Part shown: piece by piece, positions 40,901 to 52,606 of the stretch | How positions within the stretch are numbered: position 1 is the stretch's first letter | How the letters are laid out: each line of letters starts with the position of its first letter | Assembly (NCBI RefSeq): GCF_000485595.1 | Contig: NW_014577067.1 | Span: 374,564 to 427,483 of the forward strand | From: Priapulus caudatus | Taxonomy: Eukaryota | Length of the DNA: 52,920 bases | Reading direction: 5' to 3' | Notes under the pieces: model-generated | What the model was told of the DNA's origin: nothing | Databases searched by the model: none | What the model saw: only the letters and a program-made list of their open reading frames with translations | Made by a program: the position numbers and the translations under genes

Positions 40901-41753
40901 GAAATATACTAATATAGCATTATGCATTAATTATGTTATCAATTGGCAAAATACCAGGTGTAGTGTGCGTGATAGCAATACATAATGTCAGGCTGTGATG
41001 ACATTGCAATTGGTTATTTCTCTTGCCTAAGTTCCGTAGTGTATGATGCCGATCTAAACATTGAAAAAATGGTGTCACGAGAGCATCAATACGCGAGGAG
41101 AGGCTTCTCTCGCCACGATACACATGCACTAGGAGTCTATGACAAGTGGGCTGTCAACATCTTCACCACACTTCAATCAAGGGTTATTGTACACACTTTA
41201 GGTATGTTGAGTGACATGGGTTAAAGGCATGGGGAGGTCCTTGGTACTATTTATATATTGATATTATGTGGTACCGTTTTATTGACACACCAAAGTTCAG
41301 ACTGACCAAAGTTCAGATACTATATATATCATGTATATGCTATAACCAGAGGTTCATTTGATATAACTGATATGAGAAACCTTTAAACCCTACACTGTAT
41401 GGCTCAGGTTGTAAATGCAATAAAATAGATAGACGCTGTTAAAACATCAACATTAATAACATTTATGTTATGATTGCCTTTGCTGCATACATTTCTCTAC
41501 ATAAAGTGGCTCATACAGACTTGATGTGCCACTTAAAATTTAATTACACACACAACATGGTGACGTTGGGGAAACTATAATCTCCGAATGAAAACTTTTC
41601 ATAGTTCAAAGGACTATAACAAAGCTAGACCAAAACTAAAGACCACTGCCACAGGAGTTTTTCAAACAGAAAAGCCAGTCCAGCACAAAGTTCAAAAGTA
41701 CTGACTCTGTCAAAACACTCACCTAAATACAGATTACACTTAGTACAGCTCAT

Positions 41754-42005
41754 AGAGTCTATGTCCCCCAGGGTACTGCCAGAACGTACCATGGGTACGG
41801 TTCGGTATACCGGAACGTACCCTGGTAACTATTTGATATGGTTAGGGTTAGGGTTAGGGTTAGGGAGTAGGCGTAGGCGACTCCCTAGACTCGTTAGTGG
41901 AGTAGGCGAGGTACAGTCCGGCATATTAGATAGTACCAGGGTGTTCCGGTATACCGGACCGTACCAAGGGTACGTTCCGGCAGTACCCTGGGGGACATAG
42001 ACCCT
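41754..42005. mobile_element. Palindromic MITE with internal (TTAGGG)4
   Basis: ~63-bp arms TCTATGTCCCCCAGGGTACTGCC../..GGCAGTACCCTGGGGGACATAGA; TTAGGG x4 at 41842-41865. Confidence 0.8.
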
Positions 42006-43154
42006 CTCAGCCTTAGTACAAAGTACATGCACCTCGTACACATACGTATGCAGACATTTTTATATAAACCAGTATCATTATTTATGACTCAACAAATTTA
42101 AACGTGGTTGCTTGAACATTGGTCAATAGTTAGTAGTGAAAAATAAATATATCTTTACATTGGGAGCGCCCACGCTACTCTAATCCAAAGGCAAACCCAA
42201 GAATGGATTTATGCCAATCATTATCATGGTAGCCTGAACTGAACATCTACGCATAAATTTTACTAGGTTCACATGCAGGCCATTCTAGCTGTCTTTGGCT
42301 GGTCTATGTTGTGCCATGCTACCAGAACTTTCAGAATGCTACTTTCAATTTAGACAGTGTGTTGACTTAAATTAAACAATATCAAAAACTAGTGAGGTCT
42401 GGAGCATTCTATATGGCAGATGAAAATGTTACTTTGGGTAGAATTTTGAGTGTACCATTGGTTGTATATTTTTCATCTAAATCTGGAGTTAAAACATACA
42501 GAAAAAACACACGAACTCTTGGATATTTGAAATGATTTTAGGAGTTATGGTGTAAGGAACAAGAGGTCTGAGCTATAACACCACAGGCCATGTTTCACTT
42601 ATTGCTCAATAGCGATAATATTTCTCCTCAAAGTAAAAAATAGGTGCATTCCTTCAGGGGAATACCGGTGGTGAAGGGGAACTAAGGGGCACCAAACCAC
42701 CTGGCTTGCTTTCACTACCAATATGTCATCATTGTGTTTAGGTTTTTTCAGGCTCTAACCTGGAGACCAAAAATTTATCTAAAGTTAGCTTCTGTTTACA
42801 TATGGATTATAGAATGAGATATATACAAAAAGATCTTCTCTTTGTTCATCAAATTTTTGCTGTAGCACCCGAGTTCATTGTGAACTGCTGTTGAAATAAG
42901 GCTGGATGCAGGGTGAACTGATTGCAGGAACTAGGAGTAGGACATTTTGTATACAACACATGTGAATGTCAATGAGCTGTCTAATGAACTCATGTGATAA
43001 CCATATATATGTTACACATGTCAATGTCCTGCCTAGCACTAGAACTATAGCCCTTTGAGTTTGATCTGCCAAGAGCTATAGTTCTAGAGCTATGTCCTGC
43101 CCAATTTGTCGGTAGCTGACTGCATATTTATCATATAAATTTTAATTACGGCAA

Positions 43155-43204
<50 letters not shown>

Positions 43205-43289
43205 TATATATAATATATATTATTTATAATTTTTAAATCCTGCTTTTGAATGATATCAAGCATCCTGTTGCTAGTGTGCACATTCATAC

Positions 43290-43705
43290 CTGCAGACTTG
43301 AGATGGTACGCTTAAATGCCTTTCTTTGCTTAACATAGTCCCTAGTCATCTCAAACATGGCCTCAGAACTGGACACACCTACTGCTGCCACGATCAGTCT
43401 CTCCTGTGGAAGCTCCTACATGAGACATAATTCATTAATAAACCCTTGTTTCATTATAAATGTCACGAATAGAATATGATATTCGGTTTGTACCTAGGAT
43501 GAAAAACCTTTTAATCAGGTATCGGCCTAACCTAATTCTAGTTTAGCATATGCAGAGCCATCACTAACAATTGGTTTTAACACTGAGAATATAGTCGAAT
43601 GACCTTCACTCTCACCTTCATCAGATACATAAAGCCATAGTTTTCCTCTCCCAGCAGTGCACTCGCAGGCAACTTCACATCTTCGAAGAACAGCTCAGCG
43701 GTGTC
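43290..43705 (-). CDS. ACADL: ACADL exons 6 (43705-43616) and 7 (43415-43290), located upstream of exon 2 in transcription direction
   Basis: DTAELFFEDVKLPASALLGEENYGFMYLMK | ELPQERLIVAAVGVSSSEAMFEMTRDYVKQRKAFKRTISSLQ; continues exon 5 (..LKAQ, phase 0) and leads into exon 8 (TVQHKL, phase 0). ELPQERL carries the LCAD-type catalytic Glu. Confidence 0.95.
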
Positions 43706-43826
43706 CTGAAACACACACACGTCAATAAGTAGCCATTGCTAGATAAGCTAGTGTCAAAAACCATCCCAAAAGCATTCAGATTGGTCTACAAGAGCTATAC
43801 TACTAGTATATACCAACAGCCATTAA

Positions 43827-44343
43827 AGGGATAGTAGACTCTAGGATTTTACTGAATACAACTGTACTTACTGTATAACAAATCGTCTATACCCACATGT
43901 ATTTGTCATCAGATACCTAATTTAATTGTTATAATTAATTACGCATCACTGCTACGAAATTTGAACGGCGCCATGACACCCGCGACCGTGCTGCCACCCT
44001 GAAAAACTTGCGTATTTGCCAATTTATTTTGCACGTTACAGACCGAGGGCTAATCACAAAGATGCAATTATATTCATACCTAAATGCTATTTAACCGAAC
44101 GATGTTCATTTGAGGACAAATTTATCCATAATATAACTGAAACTATATGTCGTTTATAAGATATTACAATTAATCCTTTTGCTTTTAAAGGGACAGTAGC
44201 CTCTAGGATTTTACTGCATACAACTGTACTTACTGTATAACAAATCGTCTATACCCACATGTATTTGTCACCAGATACTTAATTAATTATTTACACATCA
44301 ACGCTACGAAATTTGAACGGCGCCATGACACCCGCGACCGTGC
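43827..44343 (+). mobile_element. Two orphan LEFT ends of the TTAA-flanked Kolobok-like element
   Basis: TTAA|AGGGATAGTAGACTCTAGG at 43827 and TTAA|AGGGACAGTAGCCTCTAGG at 44189; ~160-bp direct duplication. Confidence 0.75.
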
Positions 44344-47300
44344 TATTATTTTGCCATAAGGTAGTATGATTATGCATGACACGAAGTATTTGCTAGTCTA
44401 GTACTGGAGAAATTAGCGTTTGGATGCGCATTGTGAGCCTTTAAGTTACGTTGCACCCATGCTGGGTTTAAAAATTAAAACTATTTTACATTGAAACTAT
44501 AGTTAGAATGCCTTGTTTTTATTGTTGAATCCCGCAGTTTTTTTAAATAAACGCTGCGGTGGTAAAATATCTGAACTACTTCACCCCCGGAGGAATGATG
44601 TGTATGAATCTTAGCGAGTATGACGCTCCAGCTGATTGTAGTTTTTCGCACGTGTTTTGCATAGCAACCGTTACTATGCAATTGCAGGCAAACGCATGTG
44701 TTTACACCTTACTTATCATGACCATCTGTATGTGATAAAGGCGAGAGTTAACCTCGTCATCGCTGGGCTTTGTTAGCCGAACAAAAACTTCTTCGGGAGA
44801 TAACGTACGGGAGACGCGATCCCTGTCGCGCCACCTTCCAGTTGCTGTGTATGCGAATTTACCACTTGGCTACGACACACGACGGTAAATAACGTGAAAA
44901 CCATGTCGTGCAAAAGTACGATTTAAGTCAAAACGAAGAATGCTACGCGGTTTGTAATACTACCGGAAGATGGAATAAGGACCAGTGAACAAAAGAAGCT
45001 CATGTTTGTATACATTTTATATTTTTACTCACATCAAACTCGTACGACAAAATTTAGTGAAATCAGTGCCAAATACGTATCAAACTCCTTTGTCTTTATT
45101 AACTCCTGATACTGATAGTACCAGTCTATGTATTGTACCAAGAGATAAATAATATACACAGAAAGGAGATTTGCCAAAGAATGGCCGGTAGTCAACATTT
45201 GATAGTCTGAAGTATAAACTGTGTTGAAGGTTCTGAATTGTAAGTTAATGAACTATTTGTCAGAATTCTCATAGGATGTTTAACTAGTACAGGAACAATA
45301 CATCACAAAACCATAGCCCATGTAGTAACACAGTTGAGATTTTATATAATAGGCTATTAATAGCACACGAGCTTGGCATTGCTTATAATTTTATTGTTCG
45401 GTGAACTGAAGCAGCATGTTGGTTCAAAGCAGTTTTGTCAAATTTTATAGGGAAAAGCATTTTGGCAACATTTTTAAATGTTTGAGAATAAGATCCAATG
45501 AATAATTAACACGACATTATAAATCCCTGCCTAAGCATTACTGGTCATATAAGTTTTTATAATCTAGTGATGAATAATAAATCCAATAAAATAAATTAAG
45601 GCACAGCAGCCAGTGATTTCGTTACGAATGCCAGCATGATAGCCCATTACACTGATAGCCTAGCAGTCAATTTATTTTTTGGGGGCTACTTTTCAAGCTC
45701 GCCCGCATGAAAATAGCACTCTAAAATTTGGTTTCCATTGAATTCTATGCAATTTTCCGGGGCTCTTTTTGGCATTTCGGGGGGCTAAATCGCCCCGAGC
45801 CCCCGTGTATTTTTTTCACTGCACTATATAGTGTTAATTAATACTGTTATGCTCAAGCCTCAAAAACACGGATACAATTATATTTCCTCGCCCCTTTCTG
45901 ATTTACTGTTGTAGCATTACACTTAGCAAAACGTTTTAGCTACAAAACTCTAGGACACAAATAACCCCAAAATATCCGCCAAATCGTTGCTCTCAGGTGA
46001 AAAAGCGAAGCATTGTATTGCAGATATAGAAGGATTTTAAAAGATAGCGGCAAGAGTAATAGTACCTATCAAACATTCATGAATGAACCTTTTCATTATC
46101 TTTTATAGTAACAGGCCCAAATGCTTTTGCAAGAGGCCGTGGCAGAGTGCGGGGGGGGGGAGAATCCCCCCCCCTAAATTTTTTTTCAAACCTAGATGTT
46201 CTGAGATGCAATCTGGTCTATTCTGAGCTGTAGTAAACAGACACATTTGAATTACAGTATGGTTCTTTTTTCCAATTTGGTTTCTCCTGGGCCTAGATTC
46301 ATCATTGGTACGTAAGTTAACGTCCATAGGCAGGCATCCTACGAAATGCGTACGTAACGTTCCTGAGGTTAATTCATCAAGCCGTCAGGACTAGCCCGTG
46401 CGTAGGCATATCGTTAATGAGTTGCACATAACCCCGTTAGTAGCAGCCGCATTCTTTCCTCGCTGCAGTATTTCATGTGACACCGTTTGTTGCCATACTC
46501 GCAGATAGGGCCTGCATACCTCCCAAAGTTATACTCGGCCAGGTTTTTAACGCATTCTAACTCTAAAACTGTTACGTTAAAAATTCTTAAAATATTTACA
46601 TAAACAGGCAAGACGGTTGTCATTTTGAATACGATTGACCTAAGATACCTTGACTCGATTGCAACACTGGCTGGTCAAATATAGACAATATGACGCGGGC
46701 GATCTAGCGGATGTGGTAGCAACTTTCGTGTGCATTATTGCTACTGCACTAAATATTTTGATTGTCCTCTCAGGAGTATACAGCAGAATGCCACCGGATT
46801 TGTATAGAATGCGGAATCTTCAGTGCTCGAAATAAGCGTTGTCCGGTTGTCCGAGACAACCAGAAATTGCGCCGGACAACCTAACCAGTCTGAGACATTG
46901 TCCGGTGGACAACCAAAAAACACTATCTCTAACCCTTACACTAACTCTAAACCGACTCGGCTATCTTATATACGCGTGGTACCCAATTAATCTATGGTGT
47001 ATAACCTTTTGCTTTCAATATTTTACATCTGAACTGACAATCAATCCCATGCAACCAACTGGTATAGGCTAGCTGGCACAATAATGTTCAGTTTCATACT
47101 TCAAATCCGAGTGTTTTCTAGCTCATCAACAAATCTTAATCGTGAATTAAATCGTGAATAATATAAAAATATGGGACCAGCTGCTATTTCCAACACTGGT
47201 ATAATATCATATGTCAGGTTTTCTGATTTATGAGAGGTGAACTCGATTTGAAACCAGCAAACCAGCAAGTTTCCAAAATTTTCTGGGGAAGGACCCCCAT

Positions 47301-47432
47301 ACCCCCCGCAATATTGAATCTTATCCACACGGCCGCCGTGCGTATAGGCACTTCCGTCAGTGTCACAGTGACTGTGTCAGTGACTAACAGTCACAGACGC
47401 TGACTGTGACTGTGACGGACAGTCACTGCATG

Positions 47433-48424
47433 GGGCCATGATAAAAATATTGTTTGTTTGCCCCCTCACCCGACTGACCCGCCAAAAAGGGGCCGACTGA
47501 AAAAAATGTATTAATCATTTTTTTACAAATTGTATCACTGTACATTATATAAATCTGTAAGCAATACATTATATGTACCAAGCAAAACAAACACGTACTC
47601 AACATAAAAGGTATCTCCACACAAGCACACCCGAGCATGTAGACACTATGCTAAATTTGTAAAAAGACCCATTTAAAAAAAAAGCCTACCTACATACCCA
47701 AACTTTTCAGCCGGGGTCAGCTGAGGGCAATTTAAGGAAATTTTTTTTTAATTGTGGCTTGACAGCTAGTTGACACAGTCAGTGACTGTACGTGTCAGTG
47801 ACACTGTCAGTGCCACTGTGCTGCATGCCATGGGAAGTAACCTCATAGTCGTAGTTGGATGTAACCTCGTAACTAATAAAGATTGATGTAGGGATTTGAT
47901 AAAATCGATAGAACACTGCCGATTGCACTGGAAAACGTTTCCATTCTACAATTAACCATATAATCGGATTGGTTATTGTGAAGATAGCATGTCTGAGAGT
48001 TAAACATGACAAAGTAAATAATTCATCTATGACACATCCATGTGGGAAATTAAAGTTTTATAATGTTATTAACACTGAAAATACAATTAAATCTAGCACA
48101 GGCCATAATAAAAATATTGTTTGTTTGCCCTCACCCGACCGACCCGCCAAAAAGGGGCCGACTCAAAAAATTTTATTGATCTTTTTTTTAAAACAAATTG
48201 TATCACTGCACATTATATAAATTGGTAGGCAATACATTATATGTACCAAGCAAAACAAGCATTCAACATAAAAGGTATCCCCACTCAAGCACACCCGAGC
48301 ATGTAGACAACATGCTAAATTTGTAAAAAGACCCCCCCCTGCCCTAAAAAAAAAGCCGACCTGCATGCCTACCCAAACTTTTCAGCCTGGGTCGGTTGAG
48401 GGCAAACAAAGATCGGAGTGGCCA
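47433..48424 (+). mobile_element. Two copies of a ~325-bp GGCCA...TGGCC element (~47433-47760 and ~48101-48424), PIF/Harbinger-like termini
   Basis: Clearly alignable direct copies (ATAAAAATATTGTTTGTTTGCCC...CAAACTTTTCAGCC); superfamily call is inference. Confidence 0.7.
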
Positions 48425-48463
48425 CAGAGATTCCTAAAGTTCTTATCCATCTTCTACTTGCAG

Positions 48464-50770
48464 TTTGTTGTGGTTATCTATATGACAAGTGAACGACATC
48501 CTGTCATTTGCCGCAGTGAAACTGAGGAATATTTTGTTGACCCAGTTTCCAGTACCAAAAAAAGGTTTCCGAGTCTTTCAGCACCGGCAGAGCTTCAACT
48601 GTCTGTTATTGTGCCTGCATACAATGAGCAAGAAAGGTGTAAGTACCACAGAGGACCTAAGGTTGACTTACTTACATCTAAGTATTATGAGGTAAAGATG
48701 AAGATTCATTTTTGGCTGGAGTGGAGGGTATAGATGTTACTAGTTGTCAGCATGTTTACATCAGTGACAGTATGTTTAGCACCCATTTCAAGTGGTTAGT
48801 TGAGCATTAACCAACTTCTGCAATATATCTTGTTAATTAATGTGATGCATAAAATAATAAATGCCATAGACTGTAAGTGTCACTTTGTCTGTTTTAGTGC
48901 CCAAGATGATGGATGAGTGTCTGGATTACTTGGAAGCTAGAAGAGTAAGTACACATGCAGTGATAGTGTATATGGTTCGGTTAGCATAATTGATGTCATT
49001 GGTGTCTATTGTATGTCATTTTCATACAATAAATGGAATGGTTCTTATTTTTATTCCTTGGTGAAAATAAAATAAAATGTAGTTTCATTTTTTGTGCCAT
49101 TTCAATTGTACTGTCTGGCTGAAAAACCAAGACCCTAATACTACCATCTTCGATTTACAGAAAGAAAGTGAACATTTTCAGTATGAAGTTATTGTGGTAG
49201 ACGATGGGAGCAGTGACAAAACAACAGAGGTTGGTATATGATGTGTGTGTGCTTGCTCTGCTGAATTGTTAAGCCTAGCAGGTATTTAATGTCCAATAGT
49301 TGCTAATATATAACATTGCTATTGTCTAACTCAGTATATATTGTCACACCTTTTAGGTCGCACTGAAGTATTCTCACAAGTTTGGTACGGATAAAGTTAG
49401 AGTTCTGACTTTTGAGAAAAATAGAGGAAAGGGAGGAGCAGTGAGACTAGTAAGTAAAGTCAAAACACACTTAGGTAGGAAGTTTCAATCTGTATTGTAC
49501 AAGATATAATCTACAACTGTGGAAAACTAATCTGTAATACAACACATTTTGTAAAGAATATTGTAAAGAACACATATTGTAAAGAAATAAAAAATGATAG
49601 CAATGTTGAAACAGTGTTATTCTATTATAGGATTATGGTTAGAATTTCACCAAATCAATTTTGCTTTATATCTACCGGTGCTCTCAACCCCTATTACATA
49701 TATCTGTTTATCTAAGTGATAATATTGTAATATGCATTTATCCATTCATTCATGACAGGGTATGATGAGTTCAAGAGGAGAACATTTGCTGTTTGCTGAT
49801 GCTGATGGTGCATCTAGTTTTCCTGACTACTCCAAAGTGGAAATGAAAATGAGGAAAATATGTGATAGTAATAAGGTAATTCCAACAAATATTTTTAGCC
49901 ATCTTGCAAAAAAACATCATTGCTGTATGGAGAAGACTCACATAATAGACTCAGGCAGCAGCAGCCACAACAGCAATGGTAACAGATGTTACAGGAGTAG
50001 CAACAGTTGTTGTAGGAGCAGCAGTGGTAGTAGTAGCCACAGGCAGTAACAACAGCAGCCATTCAATTGAGTAATTTTTGGTCTTGCAGACTAATGAGGC
50101 GATAGTTTGTGGATCAAGGGCTCACTTACAAGACGAGGCTGTTGCAACAGTGAGTGTGATGTTACTTCTCGTTTATGCATGCACCAGATTTAAATTTTTC
50201 TGCTTCCTTATAAAGTTTCACCAAGGAAACTTCACAATTGTGACATTCTTAGGCGTTCTGCCATCGTCTGTTCTATATTCTATTATATAACTATCTAAAA
50301 AATATCTTGGACTTTACAAAGAATATATGTCTATGCTGGTACAATGGCTATGCTGGCCCTCCTTAAAAGTCAGAGACTATTGTGCATAACGAGGGGAGAG
50401 GTGTTAAATGATGTTGCCACTTATTGAGTTATTGAATCTGCATTGCTTCAGTAGTTGGTTATCTGTAATGTACAGTCACAAAAAGTGTGAACCTAATGAT
50501 ATTTCTGCCTTACGCTTGACTCTAGAAAGTCAATCGTTGTATGAATATTTTTTTCTCAATAATTAGCATTTCAAGTATCCATTATCATTGTAAGTGTCCA
50601 TTATCATATTGATTTCAGCGTTCCTTATTTCGGACTTTGTTGATGCACGGATTTCACTTCATGGTCTGGTTGCTATGTGTAAGAGGCATCAGGGACACCC
50701 AGTGTGGCTTTAAGCTTCTCACCAGGCAAGCAGCTCGGTCAACCTTCAGTAACCTTCATGTCGAACGCTG
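48464..50770 (+). CDS. ALG5: Dolichyl-phosphate beta-glucosyltransferase ALG5, exons 2-8 (48464-48638, 48898-48944, 49161-49229, 49357-49449, 49759-49875, 50090-50149, 50619-50770); terminal exons not found in window
   Basis: LSVIVPAYNEQERLPKMMDECLDYL; YEVIVVDDGSSDKT; NRGKGGAVRLG; LLFADADGA; CGSRAHL; GIRDTQCGFKLLTR..LHVERW; GT2 family, phases consistent. Confidence 0.96.
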
Positions 50771-50835
50771 GTGAGTGTTAGCGAGTGCCCGGTCCACAGG
50801 GGCATTTTATACTCTGTATTTATAGAGGATCATGC

Positions 50836-51043
50836 AGGGTTTCTTCTGAGGGAAAATTAGACAAAGGAGGTAATGGCCAGTTTGGGAAAAAAACGCGCAC
50901 GTTGGATTCAAATACAGGATGTATTGATATAGATATAGGATATACTTATCAGTAAATAGTAAATACAGGAACATTTTCACAACGCCGATGTTAAATTTGA
51001 CAACGGCGGTGCACCACTGTGCCTCCTATGTATAAGAAACCCT
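50836..51043. mobile_element. hAT-like MITE
   Basis: CAGGGTTTCTT / AAGAAACCCTG; flanking ATCATG duplicated. Confidence 0.75.
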
Positions 51044-51697
51044 GATCATGTATTGTGAAGGTTGGACAATTGAATTATTGTTGTCAACTTTCATACTAGT
51101 AGTGTTACCGTAGAACATAAGCAGGTTTAGTTTATATTTGATGGCTATAATTTATGTTGCTACAAAGTTATCAGTATCATGCACTCACATCATAATTATG
51201 TAAGTAGTCACCTTCTTTCCTTCCTTCCTTCACTTTACAATATAACTGCAATAAAAGGATACAAGGATACACAAACACTCAGCCATGATACGATGTGTTT
51301 ACGTTTATCATTGCTTGCTTTTTGATCTCTGTCCTTTTGATGAAACGGTTATAAATTCTCACTATAGCCCGCGTTCGCGGCCTGCGGCAGTTTATCGAAC
51401 GCGGGCTATAGTACTACTACTAGAGCTACGTGTGGATGGGATGGCATGCGATGGCATGGGATAGATGGGATGGAACCAAGCGGGTTGAAGTCAACTGAGT
51501 AACGCCTACCTCCCATAGCCTAGCGCCTAGTCTCTCTACTCACACCTTCGGTGCTCGCATTGGGGGATTTAGATATAGGTGCCTGTGGGCAACGCCGGGT
51601 ATCCGCTAGTACCTGAATATTCTTCAACATCCAAGAACCTGATACTGTCGCTGTACTACTAGGGCCTACTAGTTTTAAACACGCGCGCTATGCTTAC

Positions 51698-51786
51698 CGC
51701 TTTGAAACTGCTGAAGCAGTTCCGAGAATACGCTGACTTCTCAATAAATGTTGAGGCAAACGGTGACAGATTCTAAACGCAGACAT
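51698..51786 (-). CDS. ACADL: ACADL exon 1 (mitochondrial presequence)
   Basis: MSAFRICHRLPQHLLRSQRILGTASAVSK(R): Arg/Ser/Leu-rich with no acidic residues; donor CG|GTAAGC is phase 2, matching the acceptor of exon 2. Nine exons total 1299 nt = 432 aa. Confidence 0.85.
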
Positions 51787-52304
51787 GACAGAACTGATTG
51801 GTTGCCAAGTGCTGAGCCCTGAGCCAAGTGCTCAAGTTGACAACCAGTTTTTCCCCACGAGATGGCAGTCCAGAATAGACGGCACATTTGTCCATAACTT
51901 GCAGCTCCAGGGGACAATGCGCTATAAGTTCAGGAACAGTGAGCCCATCTAAGTCGAGTAACCATAATAGAGGTAACCAGATAACTAGCTGGTAGGTGCA
52001 ATTATTTTAATATCAGTATAAACTATGTATGGTTTAAATTTATAGTAATATAAACCTAGTTTTATTACGGTAATAATTTAGTATATGCGATACGATTGTT
52101 GTGTTTAAAATAAAATGAATGAATGTGAAAAAAAAAGCCGTATATTCAATGTTCATCAGTAATTTTTGCCAGACCAAATTCAGATTTTAGTGTACTCCAA
52201 TCTCAGCCTGACGTCACGAATTGTAGCGCTGAGTTGGCAGCGTTATTTGCATCAGTTCATTTGTAAATACACACATTTTGCAGTATTTTTCACATTTTAG
52301 CATC
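51787..52304. promoter_or_regulatory. Bidirectional promoter between ACADL exon 1 (-) and ALG5 exon 1 (+)
   Basis: Divergent ATGs ~520 bp apart; TGACGTCA at 52209-52216; ATTTGCAT at 52245-52252; CTGATTGG at 51794-51801. Confidence 0.65.
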
Positions 52305-52379
52305 ATGTTATTAGACCCTGATGTCATAGTTTTGATAGTATACTTGTTAACTGCAGGAACTGCGTTCCTTCTATGTATG
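52305..52379 (+). CDS. ALG5: ALG5 exon 1 (N-terminal membrane anchor), downstream of exons 2-8
   Basis: MLLDPDVIVLIVYLLTAGTAFLLCM with phase-0 donor ATG|GTACGT, continuing as the hydrophobic FVVVIYMT of exon 2; no comparable first exon found upstream of 48464. Confidence 0.8.
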
Positions 52380-52606
52380 GTACGTTTTCTATCCAGCAAT
52401 ATTCAATAAGTTAATTTCTCATCTTAGCAAACTCGATAATAGCAGTGTCAGTGTCAGTGACAGTGACTGTGTCAGTTGACAGTGTCATGACTGTGTCAGT
52501 TGACAGTGTCATGACTAGCTGTCAGTTGACAGTGTCAGTGACTGTGCAGTGACTGTGTCAGTTGATAGTTGACAGTGTCAACTGACAGTGTCAGTGATGG
52601 CCGAGA

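Noticed and set aside
44713..44904. ACADL first exon next to exon 6
   Set aside because: The ATG frames stop or give the wrong phase and lack presequence character; 51786-51698 fits much better.
46650..46835. ALG5 first exon (hydrophobic ORF)
   Set aside because: No in-frame ATG before the hydrophobic stretch and no good phase-0 donor.
30036..51786. Two or more partial ACADL paralogs or pseudogenes as the explanation for exon disorder
   Set aside because: Each exon is present exactly once, with no overlap or decay, and they sum to one full-length protein; copies outside the window cannot be excluded.
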